Below are positions 1 through 7,846 of a stretch of DNA of 34,155 bases, piece by piece; the first letter of the stretch is position 1, and each line of letters begins with the position of its first letter. Source of the DNA: Chloroflexota bacterium (GTDB lineage Bacteria; Chloroflexota; Limnocylindria; Limnocylindrales; CSP1-4); contig JACDAV010000258.1 of NCBI GenBank assembly GCA_013695255.1, forward strand, positions 1 to 34,155. The letters run 5' to 3'. Both the position numbers and the translations under genes were made by a program. A model generated the notes under the pieces. That model was given only the letters and a program-made list of their open reading frames with translations, had not been told where the DNA came from and did no database searches.

Positions 1-518
1 CCACCGCTCACGACGAGCTTCACGGCTCGCGCGCCGGCCGACACCTGCCGCGCGACGAGGGCACGCGCCTCGCGCGCGTCGCGGACCTCGCCGCCGAACA
101 TCCCGAGATGGCCGCCGACGCGGGTGATCGACGCTCCCGCATGGACGATGTCCGGTCCGGGGGCCTCGCCCCTGGCGATCGTGGCGGCGGCCTCGGCGAT
201 GGAGGCGAGCGGCGCCCCGAGATCCCGCACGGTCGTGATCCCCGCCCAGATCGCCACCTGGGCGTTCGCGAGGGCCACGCGCAGCCGTCCCTCGTGGTCG
301 AGCGCCCGGTACGAACCGACCGGATCGCTGCCGGCGTCGAAGACCAGGTGGACGTGCGCGTCGACGAGGCCGGGCGCGAGATACCGTGGCTCGCCGGTTG
401 CCGGAGCCTCGACGATCGAGGCGATCCGGTCGCCGCGGATCACGACGGTGCGTGGCTCGGATACCCGGCCCGCGACGACGTCGACGATGCGGACCCCGGG
501 GATGCTCAGGCTCGCCAT
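1..518 (-). CDS. Metal-dependent amidohydrolase (COG1228-like), N-terminal 172 aa only; the 3' end runs off the left edge of the window
   Basis: My own reverse-strand translation from ATG (complement of 516-518) gives MASLSIPGVRIVDVVAGR...APGLVDAHVHLVFDAG...ITTVRDLG...VKLVVSGG. The D-x-H-x-H metal motif after a short N-terminal beta segment is the amidohydrolase signature. It is absent from the ORF track because it is open at the edge. Confidence 0.75.
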   Translation of the reverse strand, partial: MASLSIPGVRIVDVVAGRVSEPRTVVIRGDRIASIVEAPATGEPRYLAPGLVDAHVHLVFDAGSDPVGSYRALDHEGRLRVALANAQVAIWAGITTVRDLGAPLASIAEAAATIARGEAPGPDIVHAGASITRVGGHLGMFGGEVRDAREARALVARQVSAGARAVKLVVSG

Positions 519-556
519 CGATCGCCCGGCTCGGTCATCCCACGGTTGCCGCCGGC

Positions 557-585
557 TTGACTCACCCCCAACCAGACCATAGATT
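557..585 (+). promoter_or_regulatory. Candidate housekeeping-type promoter for the 667-7831 operon: -35 TTGACT (557-562), 17-nt spacer, -10 TAGATT (580-585)
   Basis: Hexamers and spacing were read directly. They lie in the 148-bp divergent spacer, 82 bp upstream of the ATG at 667. There is no experimental TSS. Confidence 0.4.
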
Positions 586-597
586 GTCGACAATCTA
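580..597. promoter_or_regulatory. Operator candidate, copy 1: 18-bp perfect palindrome TAGATTGTCGACAATCTA overlapping the -10 box
   Basis: The sequence equals its reverse complement. The ATTGTCGACAAT core recurs at 5944-5957 and 29480-29491, always in spacers. Confidence 0.6.
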
Positions 598-666
598 CCC
601 GGACCGGCCCCACCCCGTCCACCGCTGGCGACGCGAGGTCCCGATGCGCTGCTTCCCGCCGCCCCG

Positions 667-1701
667 ATGACCGATCCGCTGCTCGAGCGGCTGGATCCAC
701 GGGCCTTCGGCGAGATCGCCCGTCACGTCCTCGACGCGCCGACGTTCGAATGGATCCGCTCCGGCTCCGGCTCGGAGTTCGGGGGCGACAACGAGGCCGC
801 CTTCGCGCGACGCCGGCTGCGGCCGGCCGTCCTGGTGGACGTGTCCAGTGTGCGCACGGCGACGACGCTGCTCGGCGCGTCCGTGTCCGCGCCGGTGGCG
901 GTCGGGCCGATGGGCCTGCAGCGGGCGGTCCACCCGGACGGCGAGCTGGCGATGGCGGCCGGCGCGGCGAGGGCCGGCAGCCTGTTCGTCGTCGCGGTCA
1001 ACGCCACGACGAGCATCGAGGAGATCGCGGCAGCGGAGCCCGGGCTGCCGCTCTGGTTCCAGCTCTACAACTGGGACGATCGCGACGCCCTGGCCGGGGT
1101 CATCGGGCGGGCCGAGGCCGCCGGATGCCGGGCAATCGTGCCACTCGTGAACACGCCGCTCGGCGTCAACCACACCTCGCCCAGGATCGGCTTCCGCCTG
1201 CCCGCAGGCGCGCGGTTCGCCCACTTCGAGACCTCGCCCGGGCTAATCGCGTCGAACACGTGGGAGTACCTGGCCTGGCTGCGCTCGGTCACCTCGCTGC
1301 CGATCGTGCCGAAGGGGATCATGACCGCGGCCGATGCGGCCCGGGCGGTGGACGCCGGGGCCGCGGGAATCATCGTCTCGAACCATGGCGGGCGGCAGCT
1401 GGCGCGGTCCGTCTCGACCCTCGATGCGCTCGCGGATGTCGTGCACGGCGCCGGTGGCGTGGAGGTCTACCTCGACGGCGGCGTGCGCAGCGGCGGGGAC
1501 GTGCTGGTCGCCCTGGCCCTCGGCGCTCGCGCGGTCCTCATCGGTCGTCCCGTCCTCTGGGGGCTGGCGCTGGGCGGGGCGGCCGGCGTGGCCCGGGTCC
1601 TCGACACGATCCGCCAGGAACTGGCGGAGGACGCCGGGATGTGCGGGATCGTCGACGTCGCCGCCGTGCCCCGCGACCTCGTCGTCGACGCAACCGGCTG
1701 A
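667..1701 (+). CDS. FMN-dependent alpha-hydroxy acid dehydrogenase/oxidase (glycolate oxidase / L-lactate dehydrogenase LldD family)
   Basis: 344-aa ORF with ATG start. Family hallmarks are WFQLY, IVSNHGGRQL, and YLDGGVRSGGDVLVALALGA in the TIM-barrel FMN/phosphate-binding region. Confidence 0.9.
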   Translation: MTDPLLERLDPRAFGEIARHVLDAPTFEWIRSGSGSEFGGDNEAAFARRRLRPAVLVDVSSVRTATTLLGASVSAPVAVGPMGLQRAVHPDGELAMAAGAARAGSLFVVAVNATTSIEEIAAAEPGLPLWFQLYNWDDRDALAGVIGRAEAAGCRAIVPLVNTPLGVNHTSPRIGFRLPAGARFAHFETSPGLIASNTWEYLAWLRSVTSLPIVPKGIMTAADAARAVDAGAAGIIVSNHGGRQLARSVSTLDALADVVHGAGGVEVYLDGGVRSGGDVLVALALGARAVLIGRPVLWGLALGGAAGVARVLDTIRQELAEDAGMCGIVDVAAVPRDLVVDATG

Positions 1702-1711
1702 GGGCACTCGC

Positions 1712-2941
1712 ATGCGGGTCACCGGGGTGCGGTCCCTGCTCGTCACGGCGCCCTGGACGGGAGACCCGTTCTGGGTTCCGAGCGAGCGCTTCGAGCGGAC
1801 GGCCGCGCTCATCGTCGTCGAGACCGACGAGGGGATCAGCGGCGTCGGGGAAACGATCATGGGCTACTTCTGCGCCGAGGTCGTCAGCCCGCTGATCGAC
1901 TACTACGGCGGCCTGATCAGGGAGCTGCGCCTCGACCCCCGCCAGCCCGAGGCCGCCTTCCGCGAGCTCCACCAGCGCTCGCTCTGGTGGGCCCGCGTGG
2001 GGCTCGGGTTGTCCGTGCTCTCGGGTCTGGAGATGGCCCTCTGGGACATCGCCGGCAAGGCGGCCGGCCGGCCGGTCCACGAGCTGCTCGGCGGCCCCGC
2101 CCACGACCGGCTGCCCCTGTACGCCTCCGGCGGCACGGGGGCGTGGCCGGTTGAGCGAGCCGTCGAGCAGGCGCGCCGCTACACCTCGCTCGGCTTTCGC
2201 GGGCTCAAGATCGGAACCGGCTTCGACGGTCGGCCAGGCGGCTACACCACGGCGCCCGGCGCGCCACCATACGGGACCTGGTACGCGGGCAGCACCGCCG
2301 GACGCGTGGCCGACGAGCGCGCCAAGTTCGGCGCGCTGCGCGAGGCGCTGGGGCCGGACATCGAGCTGGCCACCGACTGCCACGCGGTGCAGGTCCGCGA
2401 GCCGTGGTCCCGCTCGACCGCGCTCGGGCTGGCCCGCGCGCTCGAGCCCTTCGACCTCCTGTTCATGGAGGAGCCACTCCGGTACGACGACCCGGAGGGC
2501 TATGCCGAGCTGCGTCGGGCGACCCGGGTGCCGATCGCCGGCGGCGAGTGCCTGACCGGCGTGGACGAGTTCCGACGCTTCCTCGACCTCGACGCCCTCG
2601 ACTACGTCCAGCCCGATGCGACCCACGTCGGCGGTGTCGGGCCGGCCCGCGATGTCGCCCGGATGGCCGAGAGCCGGCACGTCGGTCTCGTCGTCCACAC
2701 GGGGGCCGCCATCGGCCCCGGGTTCATGGCCAACCTCCACGTCGCCTTCGCCAGCCCGAACGCCCGGTTCGTCGAGTACGCGCTCGCTCCCGACAACGTG
2801 CGCTCCGAGCTGCTGACCGAGCCGGTCCGGCTCGCCGACGGGTTCATCGAGCGCCCTTCCGCACCCGGGCTGGGCATCACGCTGGACCCCGACTTCGCGG
2901 ATCGGTATCCCTACCGGGCCGGCGTGGTCGAGTACGCGTGA
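1712..2941 (+). CDS. Enolase-superfamily enzyme, mandelate racemase/muconate lactonizing family (probable acid-sugar dehydratase), paralog 1
   Basis: Internal ATG at 1712 of ORF 1334..2941 (MRVTGVRSLL...), 10 bp after the upstream stop. It has the capping-domain motif GVGET and ALWDIAGK. Barrel metal ligands appear intact (ATDCH, FMEEP, IAGGE), followed by YVQPD and VVHTG (Asp/His pair). Confidence 0.88.
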   Translation: MRVTGVRSLLVTAPWTGDPFWVPSERFERTAALIVVETDEGISGVGETIMGYFCAEVVSPLIDYYGGLIRELRLDPRQPEAAFRELHQRSLWWARVGLGLSVLSGLEMALWDIAGKAAGRPVHELLGGPAHDRLPLYASGGTGAWPVERAVEQARRYTSLGFRGLKIGTGFDGRPGGYTTAPGAPPYGTWYAGSTAGRVADERAKFGALREALGPDIELATDCHAVQVREPWSRSTALGLARALEPFDLLFMEEPLRYDDPEGYAELRRATRVPIAGGECLTGVDEFRRFLDLDALDYVQPDATHVGGVGPARDVARMAESRHVGLVVHTGAAIGPGFMANLHVAFASPNARFVEYALAPDNVRSELLTEPVRLADGFIERPSAPGLGITLDPDFADRYPYRAGVVEYA

Positions 2942-3963
2942 GCGGCGCGCCGGATCCCGCGGCCGGGGACGTGCGTATCGGCATCGCCTTCCCGTTCACG
3001 GAGGCCGAGATCGACGCGCTCCGGGCGCTGTCGCCGCGGCTTCGGCTGCGCGCGTCGAGGGAGACGGATCAGGCTGCGATCGACGAGATCGCCACCGAGG
3101 ACCTCGATGGGCTCATCGCGCAGGCTCTGCCGAGCGACCGGCAGCGCACGCCGAGCCTGCGCTGGCTGCAGGTGATGTCCGCCGGCATCGATTCGCTGTC
3201 CGGGCCGGCATGGCCGCGCGGAGTCACGCTGACCAACGCCCGTGGCGCCTACGCCGGCCGCATCGGCCAGTACACGATCGCGGCGATCCTCGGCATTGCC
3301 GAGCGCCACGACGCACGCCGGGAGCAGCAGTCCACGGGATCGTGGCCGGACGACCCGGAGCGTCTCGTGGGCCGCCCGCTGCGGGGCCAGACACTGGTCA
3401 TCGTCGGATATGGCGGGATCGGGCGCGAGATTGCGCGACTGGCCACCGCTCATGGCATGCGGGTGCTGGCCGTCAAGTCGGATCCGGCGACCCGGATCGA
3501 CGGCGGCTTCCGGATGCCCGGCACCGGCGACCCCGAGGGCAGCCTCCCGGAGCGGATCGTTGGCCTGGACGAGCTGGCTGCCGTCGCCCGGGAGGCCGAC
3601 TACCTGTCGATCACGCTGCCGATCACGGAGCGGAGCCGCGGCGCCGTCAGTCGCGACGTCCTGGCCGCGCTGCCGGCCCACGCCTGGATCGTGAACACCG
3701 GCCGCGGGCCGGTCGTGGACGAGCCGGCGCTCGATGCGGCGCTCGCCGCGGGGCAGCTGGGCGGCGCCGTGCTCGACGTCTTCGGGGAGGAGCCGCTCCC
3801 GGCCTCCAGCCCGCTGTGGCGGCGATCGAACGTCGTCATCACGCCTCACGTGTCCGGGGCGGGCGCCCACGAGGAGCTGCTCGCCCTGGCCAGGGAGAAC
3901 GTCCGCCGGTTCGTGGCCGGCGAGCCCCTGCTCAACCAGGTGGACGTGGAGCGGGGCTACTGA
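2938..3963 (+). CDS. D-isomer-specific 2-hydroxyacid dehydrogenase, NAD(P)-binding
   Basis: GTG at 2938 overlaps the upstream TGA (GTGA); an alternative GTG lies at 2971. Motifs are IVGYGGIGREIA (GxGxxG), NTGRG, DVFGEEP and ITPHVSG, the family Arg/Glu/His set. Confidence 0.85.
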   Translation: MSGAPDPAAGDVRIGIAFPFTEAEIDALRALSPRLRLRASRETDQAAIDEIATEDLDGLIAQALPSDRQRTPSLRWLQVMSAGIDSLSGPAWPRGVTLTNARGAYAGRIGQYTIAAILGIAERHDARREQQSTGSWPDDPERLVGRPLRGQTLVIVGYGGIGREIARLATAHGMRVLAVKSDPATRIDGGFRMPGTGDPEGSLPERIVGLDELAAVAREADYLSITLPITERSRGAVSRDVLAALPAHAWIVNTGRGPVVDEPALDAALAAGQLGGAVLDVFGEEPLPASSPLWRRSNVVITPHVSGAGAHEELLALARENVRRFVAGEPLLNQVDVERGY

Positions 3964-3964
3964 C

Positions 3965-5137
3965 GTGAGATCGGCGACCGATCAGGGCCGGGTCGTGGAG
4001 CGTGTCGAATGCTTCGCGGTCAGCCACACGCTCGACCCCCGGACCGGGCCGTCGATCGCCCTGTCCGGCACCCACGCCTACGTCCTGGTCAAGATCACCG
4101 ACGCCGATGGCCGCTCGGGCTGGGGTGAGACCTACCTCGTGCCGGGCATCCCCTCGATCATCGAGACGGTGGCTCCGGCGATCCTCGGGCGCTCCGCGAC
4201 GGGAACGCGCGGGCTCGGCGAGGACGTTCGCCGGGCGGCCGAGCACGCCTACGCGGCGTCGGCCCTGACGATCGCCCTGGAGGACCTCCGGGCGCGCCAG
4301 CTCGGGGTGTCCGTGGCCGCCTCGTTCGGTGGTCCGGTTCGCGAGCGGGTCCGCCTCTACGCGGCGTTCGGCGGATACGTGGAGGGCATCGACCCGGCGG
4401 ACAGCTGGCCGCGGGACGTGGAGCGCGCCCTCGAGGCCGGCTTCACGGCCATGAAGTTCCGCGTCGGTCGTTACCCGGTGGCTCACGAGGCGGCGCTGCT
4501 CGAGCGGATCCGCGCCGACCTCCCGGCCGGCGTCGCGCTGATGGCCGACGGCAATGCCGGGTACACGCTGCCGCGGGCGATCGAGATGGGCCGGATCCTC
4601 GATTCGCTCGCCTTCGTGTGGTTCGAGGAGCCGATGCACCAGCGCGAGGGGTATGCCGGCTACGAGCACCTGGCCGCGGCGCTCGACATCGCCCTCGCCG
4701 GCGGCGAGATCCTCCAGACGCGCAGCGCCGCCATCGAGCTGCTGGGGCGCCGGGCGGTCGACATCGTCCAGCCGGAGCCGGTCATCTGCGGTGGGGTCGC
4801 CGAGGCGCTCTGGATCGCGGACCTCGCGGCCGTGCATTCCATCGCGGCCATGCCCCACACCTCCAACAACGCCCTGGGGATCGCGGCGGGGCTCCAGGTC
4901 CTGGCCTGTCTGCCGGACCCGACGCGCTCGCCGGCCTCGGACGAGCTGTTCCTCGAGTACGGCGTGGACGACAATCCCCACCGGACCGGGCTCCTCGCGG
5001 CAGCCCTTCGGTTCGCCGGCGGCTGGGCGACCGTCCCGGAGGGGCCGGGCCTCGGGGTGGAGGTCGACGAGGCCTACCTGCGGCATCACGCGCTCGAGAC
5101 GCGCGTCATCGACGCGGCCGGCGCTCGGGCCGTTTGA
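3965..5137 (+). CDS. Enolase-superfamily enzyme, mandelate racemase-like, paralog 2
   Basis: GTG at 3965, 1 bp after the upstream stop. Motifs are SGWGET, MKFRVG, LMADGNAGY, WFEEP, LAGGE, DIVQPE and MPHTS. The metal ligands look intact. Its subfamily differs from paralogs 1 and 4. Confidence 0.88.
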   Translation: MRSATDQGRVVERVECFAVSHTLDPRTGPSIALSGTHAYVLVKITDADGRSGWGETYLVPGIPSIIETVAPAILGRSATGTRGLGEDVRRAAEHAYAASALTIALEDLRARQLGVSVAASFGGPVRERVRLYAAFGGYVEGIDPADSWPRDVERALEAGFTAMKFRVGRYPVAHEAALLERIRADLPAGVALMADGNAGYTLPRAIEMGRILDSLAFVWFEEPMHQREGYAGYEHLAAALDIALAGGEILQTRSAAIELLGRRAVDIVQPEPVICGGVAEALWIADLAAVHSIAAMPHTSNNALGIAAGLQVLACLPDPTRSPASDELFLEYGVDDNPHRTGLLAAALRFAGGWATVPEGPGLGVEVDEAYLRHHALETRVIDAAGARAV

Positions 5138-5139
5138 CC

Positions 5140-5937
5140 GTGTCCGAGGCGGCCCTGGCCGCGGCCCTGGCGGTGATCGGACGGTTGCCCGGGGCCGAGG
5201 TGCAGGCCGGGTCGGACGCGACGTGGGTTGCCGGCGGCCGGCCGCTGGAGAGCCTCAACCACGTCGTCGGGCTGGAGCTGCGGGGGACCGACGCGGCGAT
5301 CGAGGAGCGGATCGACGCCATCGACGCGGCGTTGCGGGAGCGGGGGTCGGCGCCCGCGACGTGGTGGATCGGCCCGTCCACGCGGCCAACGGACCTCGCG
5401 CGTCGGCTGCGTGCCCGTGGCTTCACCGACGCCGAGCCGGAGCACGGGATGGTCATCGACGTCGCCAGGGCTGCCGCGCCGATCGGTGCCGTGGAGCTCG
5501 TGGAGGACGAGGCCGGGCTCGACGCGTTCCTCGCGGTGATGGGCGGTGCGTACGGGTGGTCGGAGGACGCCGGAGCGGCCTGGGCGGAGCTGTACCGCAC
5601 GGCCGCCTCGGAGCGGGAGCGCCCGTGGTGGCACGTGGTCGTCCGCCACGACGGCCGACCCGCCGCGTGCGCCTCGCTCCTCACGGCGGGCGGTCACGCG
5701 TTCGTGACCAACGTCGGGACGGTCCCGGCGGCCCGTGGCGCCGGCCTCGGCACCACCGCCACGCTGGCGGTTCTGCAGATCGCGGCTCGGCTCGGTCATC
5801 GACGCGCCAGCCTCACCGCCTCGCACATGGGGCGGGGCGTGTACGCGCGGATCGGGTTCGAGGAGGACGCGCGGCTGGAGCGCTGCGTCTCGCCGGCCAA
5901 CCGGCTCGAAACGCGGCGAGCCGTCAGTCGGAGGTAA
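5140..5937 (+). CDS. GNAT-family N-acetyltransferase (two-lobed, about 265 aa)
   Basis: Start is GTG 5140 or TTG 5134, abutting or overlapping the upstream TGA (5135-5137). The C-terminal acetyl-CoA loop reads VGTVPAARGAGLGTTATLAVLQIAARLGHRRASLTASHMGRGVYARIGFEE. Confidence 0.75.
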   Translation: MSEAALAAALAVIGRLPGAEVQAGSDATWVAGGRPLESLNHVVGLELRGTDAAIEERIDAIDAALRERGSAPATWWIGPSTRPTDLARRLRARGFTDAEPEHGMVIDVARAAAPIGAVELVEDEAGLDAFLAVMGGAYGWSEDAGAAWAELYRTAASERERPWWHVVVRHDGRPAACASLLTAGGHAFVTNVGTVPAARGAGLGTTATLAVLQIAARLGHRRASLTASHMGRGVYARIGFEEDARLERCVSPANRLETRRAVSRR

Positions 5938-5943
5938 GCTCTC

Positions 5944-5957
5944 GATTGTCGACAATC
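5944..5957. promoter_or_regulatory. Operator candidate, copy 2: 14-bp perfect palindrome GATTGTCGACAATC
   Basis: It lies in the 52-bp spacer between the GNAT stop (5937) and the aldolase ATG (5990) and has the same core as 580-597. Confidence 0.5.
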
Positions 5958-5989
5958 TGCATCCCGTGAGCCCGACGGGGAGACGAGTC

Positions 5990-6793
5990 ATGGCGTCGAT
6001 CAATCCGCTTCTGGCACGCTGGCGAGCCGGCGAGCCCAGCCTCGGCGGCTGGTTGACGACGGCCGATCCCCAGATCGCGGAGTACCTCGCCAGCGGCGGG
6101 TTCGACGAGATCTGCGTCGATCAGCAGCACGGGCTCGCGGACGCATCGCTGCTGGCATCGATGTTCCGCGCCCTCGAGGTGCACGGGGTGCTGCCGACCA
6201 CCCGGGTGCCGGGCAACGACTTCGCGGCCATCGGCAAGGCGCTCGATGTCGGGGCGATGGCGATCATCGTGCCCATGGTCGGAACGCCGGAGGAGGCAGC
6301 CGCCGCGGTCGACGCGTGCCACTACCCGCCACGCGGCCACCGTTCGGTGGGGCCCCTGCGCGGCGCCTTCGTCCGAGCCTCGGACCGCCTCGACGCCCTC
6401 GACGAGGCGGCCTGCGTGGTGATGGTCGAGACGGCCGACGGGGTGCGCAATGTGGACGCGATCGCCGCCACGCCCGGGGTCGATGCGATCTACATCGGGC
6501 CGGGCGACCTGGCCCTCGGGTTGGGTCTCTCGGCGTGGTCGGAGGACTGGACGCCGGGCGAGGCAAGCGTCCACGCGGAAGCTGTGGAACGGATTCGCTC
6601 GGCCTGCCTTCGCCATGGCGTCGCGCCCGGCATCCACACGGGTGATGGCGAGACGGCGCGGCGCTACCTCGACCAGGGCTTCCTGATGGTCACGGTCGCG
6701 AACGAGCTCGGGCTGATCTCCAGCGGCGGCAGGGCGCAGCTGGCCGTCGCCCGCGGCGAGACGCCCGCCGGGGTCGCCGCACGCGCGGTGTAG
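5990..6793 (+). CDS. HpcH/HpaI-family class II (metal-dependent) 2-keto-3-deoxy-acid aldolase
   Basis: ATG at 5990 with GGGGAG 7 nt upstream. Motifs are GGWLTT, GFDEICVDQQHG, TTRVPGND, IIVPMV and VMVETADGV...GVDAIYIGPGDLALGLG (Glu/Asp metal ligands). Confidence 0.88.
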   Translation: MASINPLLARWRAGEPSLGGWLTTADPQIAEYLASGGFDEICVDQQHGLADASLLASMFRALEVHGVLPTTRVPGNDFAAIGKALDVGAMAIIVPMVGTPEEAAAAVDACHYPPRGHRSVGPLRGAFVRASDRLDALDEAACVVMVETADGVRNVDAIAATPGVDAIYIGPGDLALGLGLSAWSEDWTPGEASVHAEAVERIRSACLRHGVAPGIHTGDGETARRYLDQGFLMVTVANELGLISSGGRAQLAVARGETPAGVAARAV

Positions 6794-6814
6794 CGGAACG
6801 CTTCGGAGGGTGGC

Positions 6815-7831
6815 ATGACCGTCGGGATCGGGATGATCGGGGCCGGGCAGATGGCCCACATCCACGCCGTGGCCATCGCCGAGCAGGAGCCCGGTCGGGC
6901 CCGGCTCGTCGCCGTCACGAGCGGGTCGCGCGCGCCGGCGCTCGCCGCCGAGTTCGACGCGGAGGCGGAACCCTCCATCGAGTCACTGCTGGACCGCCCC
7001 GACATCGACGCCGTCGTGATCGCCACCCCCCATACGGCGCACCTGCCCAACGTCCTCGCCGCGGCGGGGGCGGGCAAGCACATCCTGCTCGAGAAGCCGA
7101 TGGCCCTCGATGTCGACGAGTGCCGCCTGATGATCGACGCCTGCGACGCGGCCGGCGTCCACCTGAGCCTGGCCAAGATCTCCCGCTGGCTCGATGCGGT
7201 CCGCATCGGTCACGAGCTGGTCGCCGGCGGGGTGGCGGGCGATCTCGTCGCCGTCCACGTCCACCGCCTCTTCCCCGGCTACCCGAACGCGGGCTGGCCG
7301 CTCGACCCGCGCGAGGGCGGCGCCTGGCTCGACTGGGGCAGTCACGGCTGCGACATCGTCCGCTGGTACGCCGGGCGGGAGCCGGAGCTCGTCACCGCCC
7401 GGTTCGCCTCGCGGCGGACCGACATGCCGGACCTGACCGGGATGGCGACGTTCGAGTTCCCGGGCGCGCTCCTGGCCCACCTGTTCATGTCATACGAGAT
7501 CCCCGGAGCCGCGGCCACGGAGCGCGCTCACTACATGGCCTTCGGCACGGACGCCGTCATCGACCTCCACGCCTATGGAGGGGTCGACGTGCTGCGCGGC
7601 GACAGCCGGGAACCGGTCTACCGCGATGAGCGCTTCACCGATGCGAACACGACCTGGGACGAGCACGCGCCCTACTTCCGGCGCGGGTTCGCCGCGCAGG
7701 TGCGCGATCTCGTCGAGGCCATCGAGGACCGCCGGCCGCCGACGATCGACGGACACGACGGGCTGGCCGCGGTGGCGATGGCGACCGGCGCGCTCCGCTC
7801 GTGGCGCGAGGATTCGGTCGTCCGGCTGTAG
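6815..7831 (+). CDS. Gfo/Idh/MocA-family NAD(P)-dependent oxidoreductase, paralog 1
   Basis: 338 aa. The N-terminal Rossmann motif is GIGMIGAGQMA. It also has VVIATPHTAH and the canonical LLEKPMA motif. GGAGGG lies upstream of the ATG. Confidence 0.9.
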   Translation: MTVGIGMIGAGQMAHIHAVAIAEQEPGRARLVAVTSGSRAPALAAEFDAEAEPSIESLLDRPDIDAVVIATPHTAHLPNVLAAAGAGKHILLEKPMALDVDECRLMIDACDAAGVHLSLAKISRWLDAVRIGHELVAGGVAGDLVAVHVHRLFPGYPNAGWPLDPREGGAWLDWGSHGCDIVRWYAGREPELVTARFASRRTDMPDLTGMATFEFPGALLAHLFMSYEIPGAAATERAHYMAFGTDAVIDLHAYGGVDVLRGDSREPVYRDERFTDANTTWDEHAPYFRRGFAAQVRDLVEAIEDRRPPTIDGHDGLAAVAMATGALRSWREDSVVRL

Positions 7832-7846
7832 GGCGATTCGACCTCG

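Noticed and set aside
3965-5937. Enolase-superfamily gene followed by a GNAT, read as an N-succinyl/N-acyl amino acid racemase plus acyltransferase pair (a D-to-L amino acid conversion pathway)
   Set aside because: The enolase member shows a late His (MPHTS) and a DIVQPE segment. That is more like the mandelate-racemase subgroup than the Lys/Lys MLE-subgroup pattern of NSAR/OSBS enzymes. I retain it only as an alternative that a proper alignment could revive.
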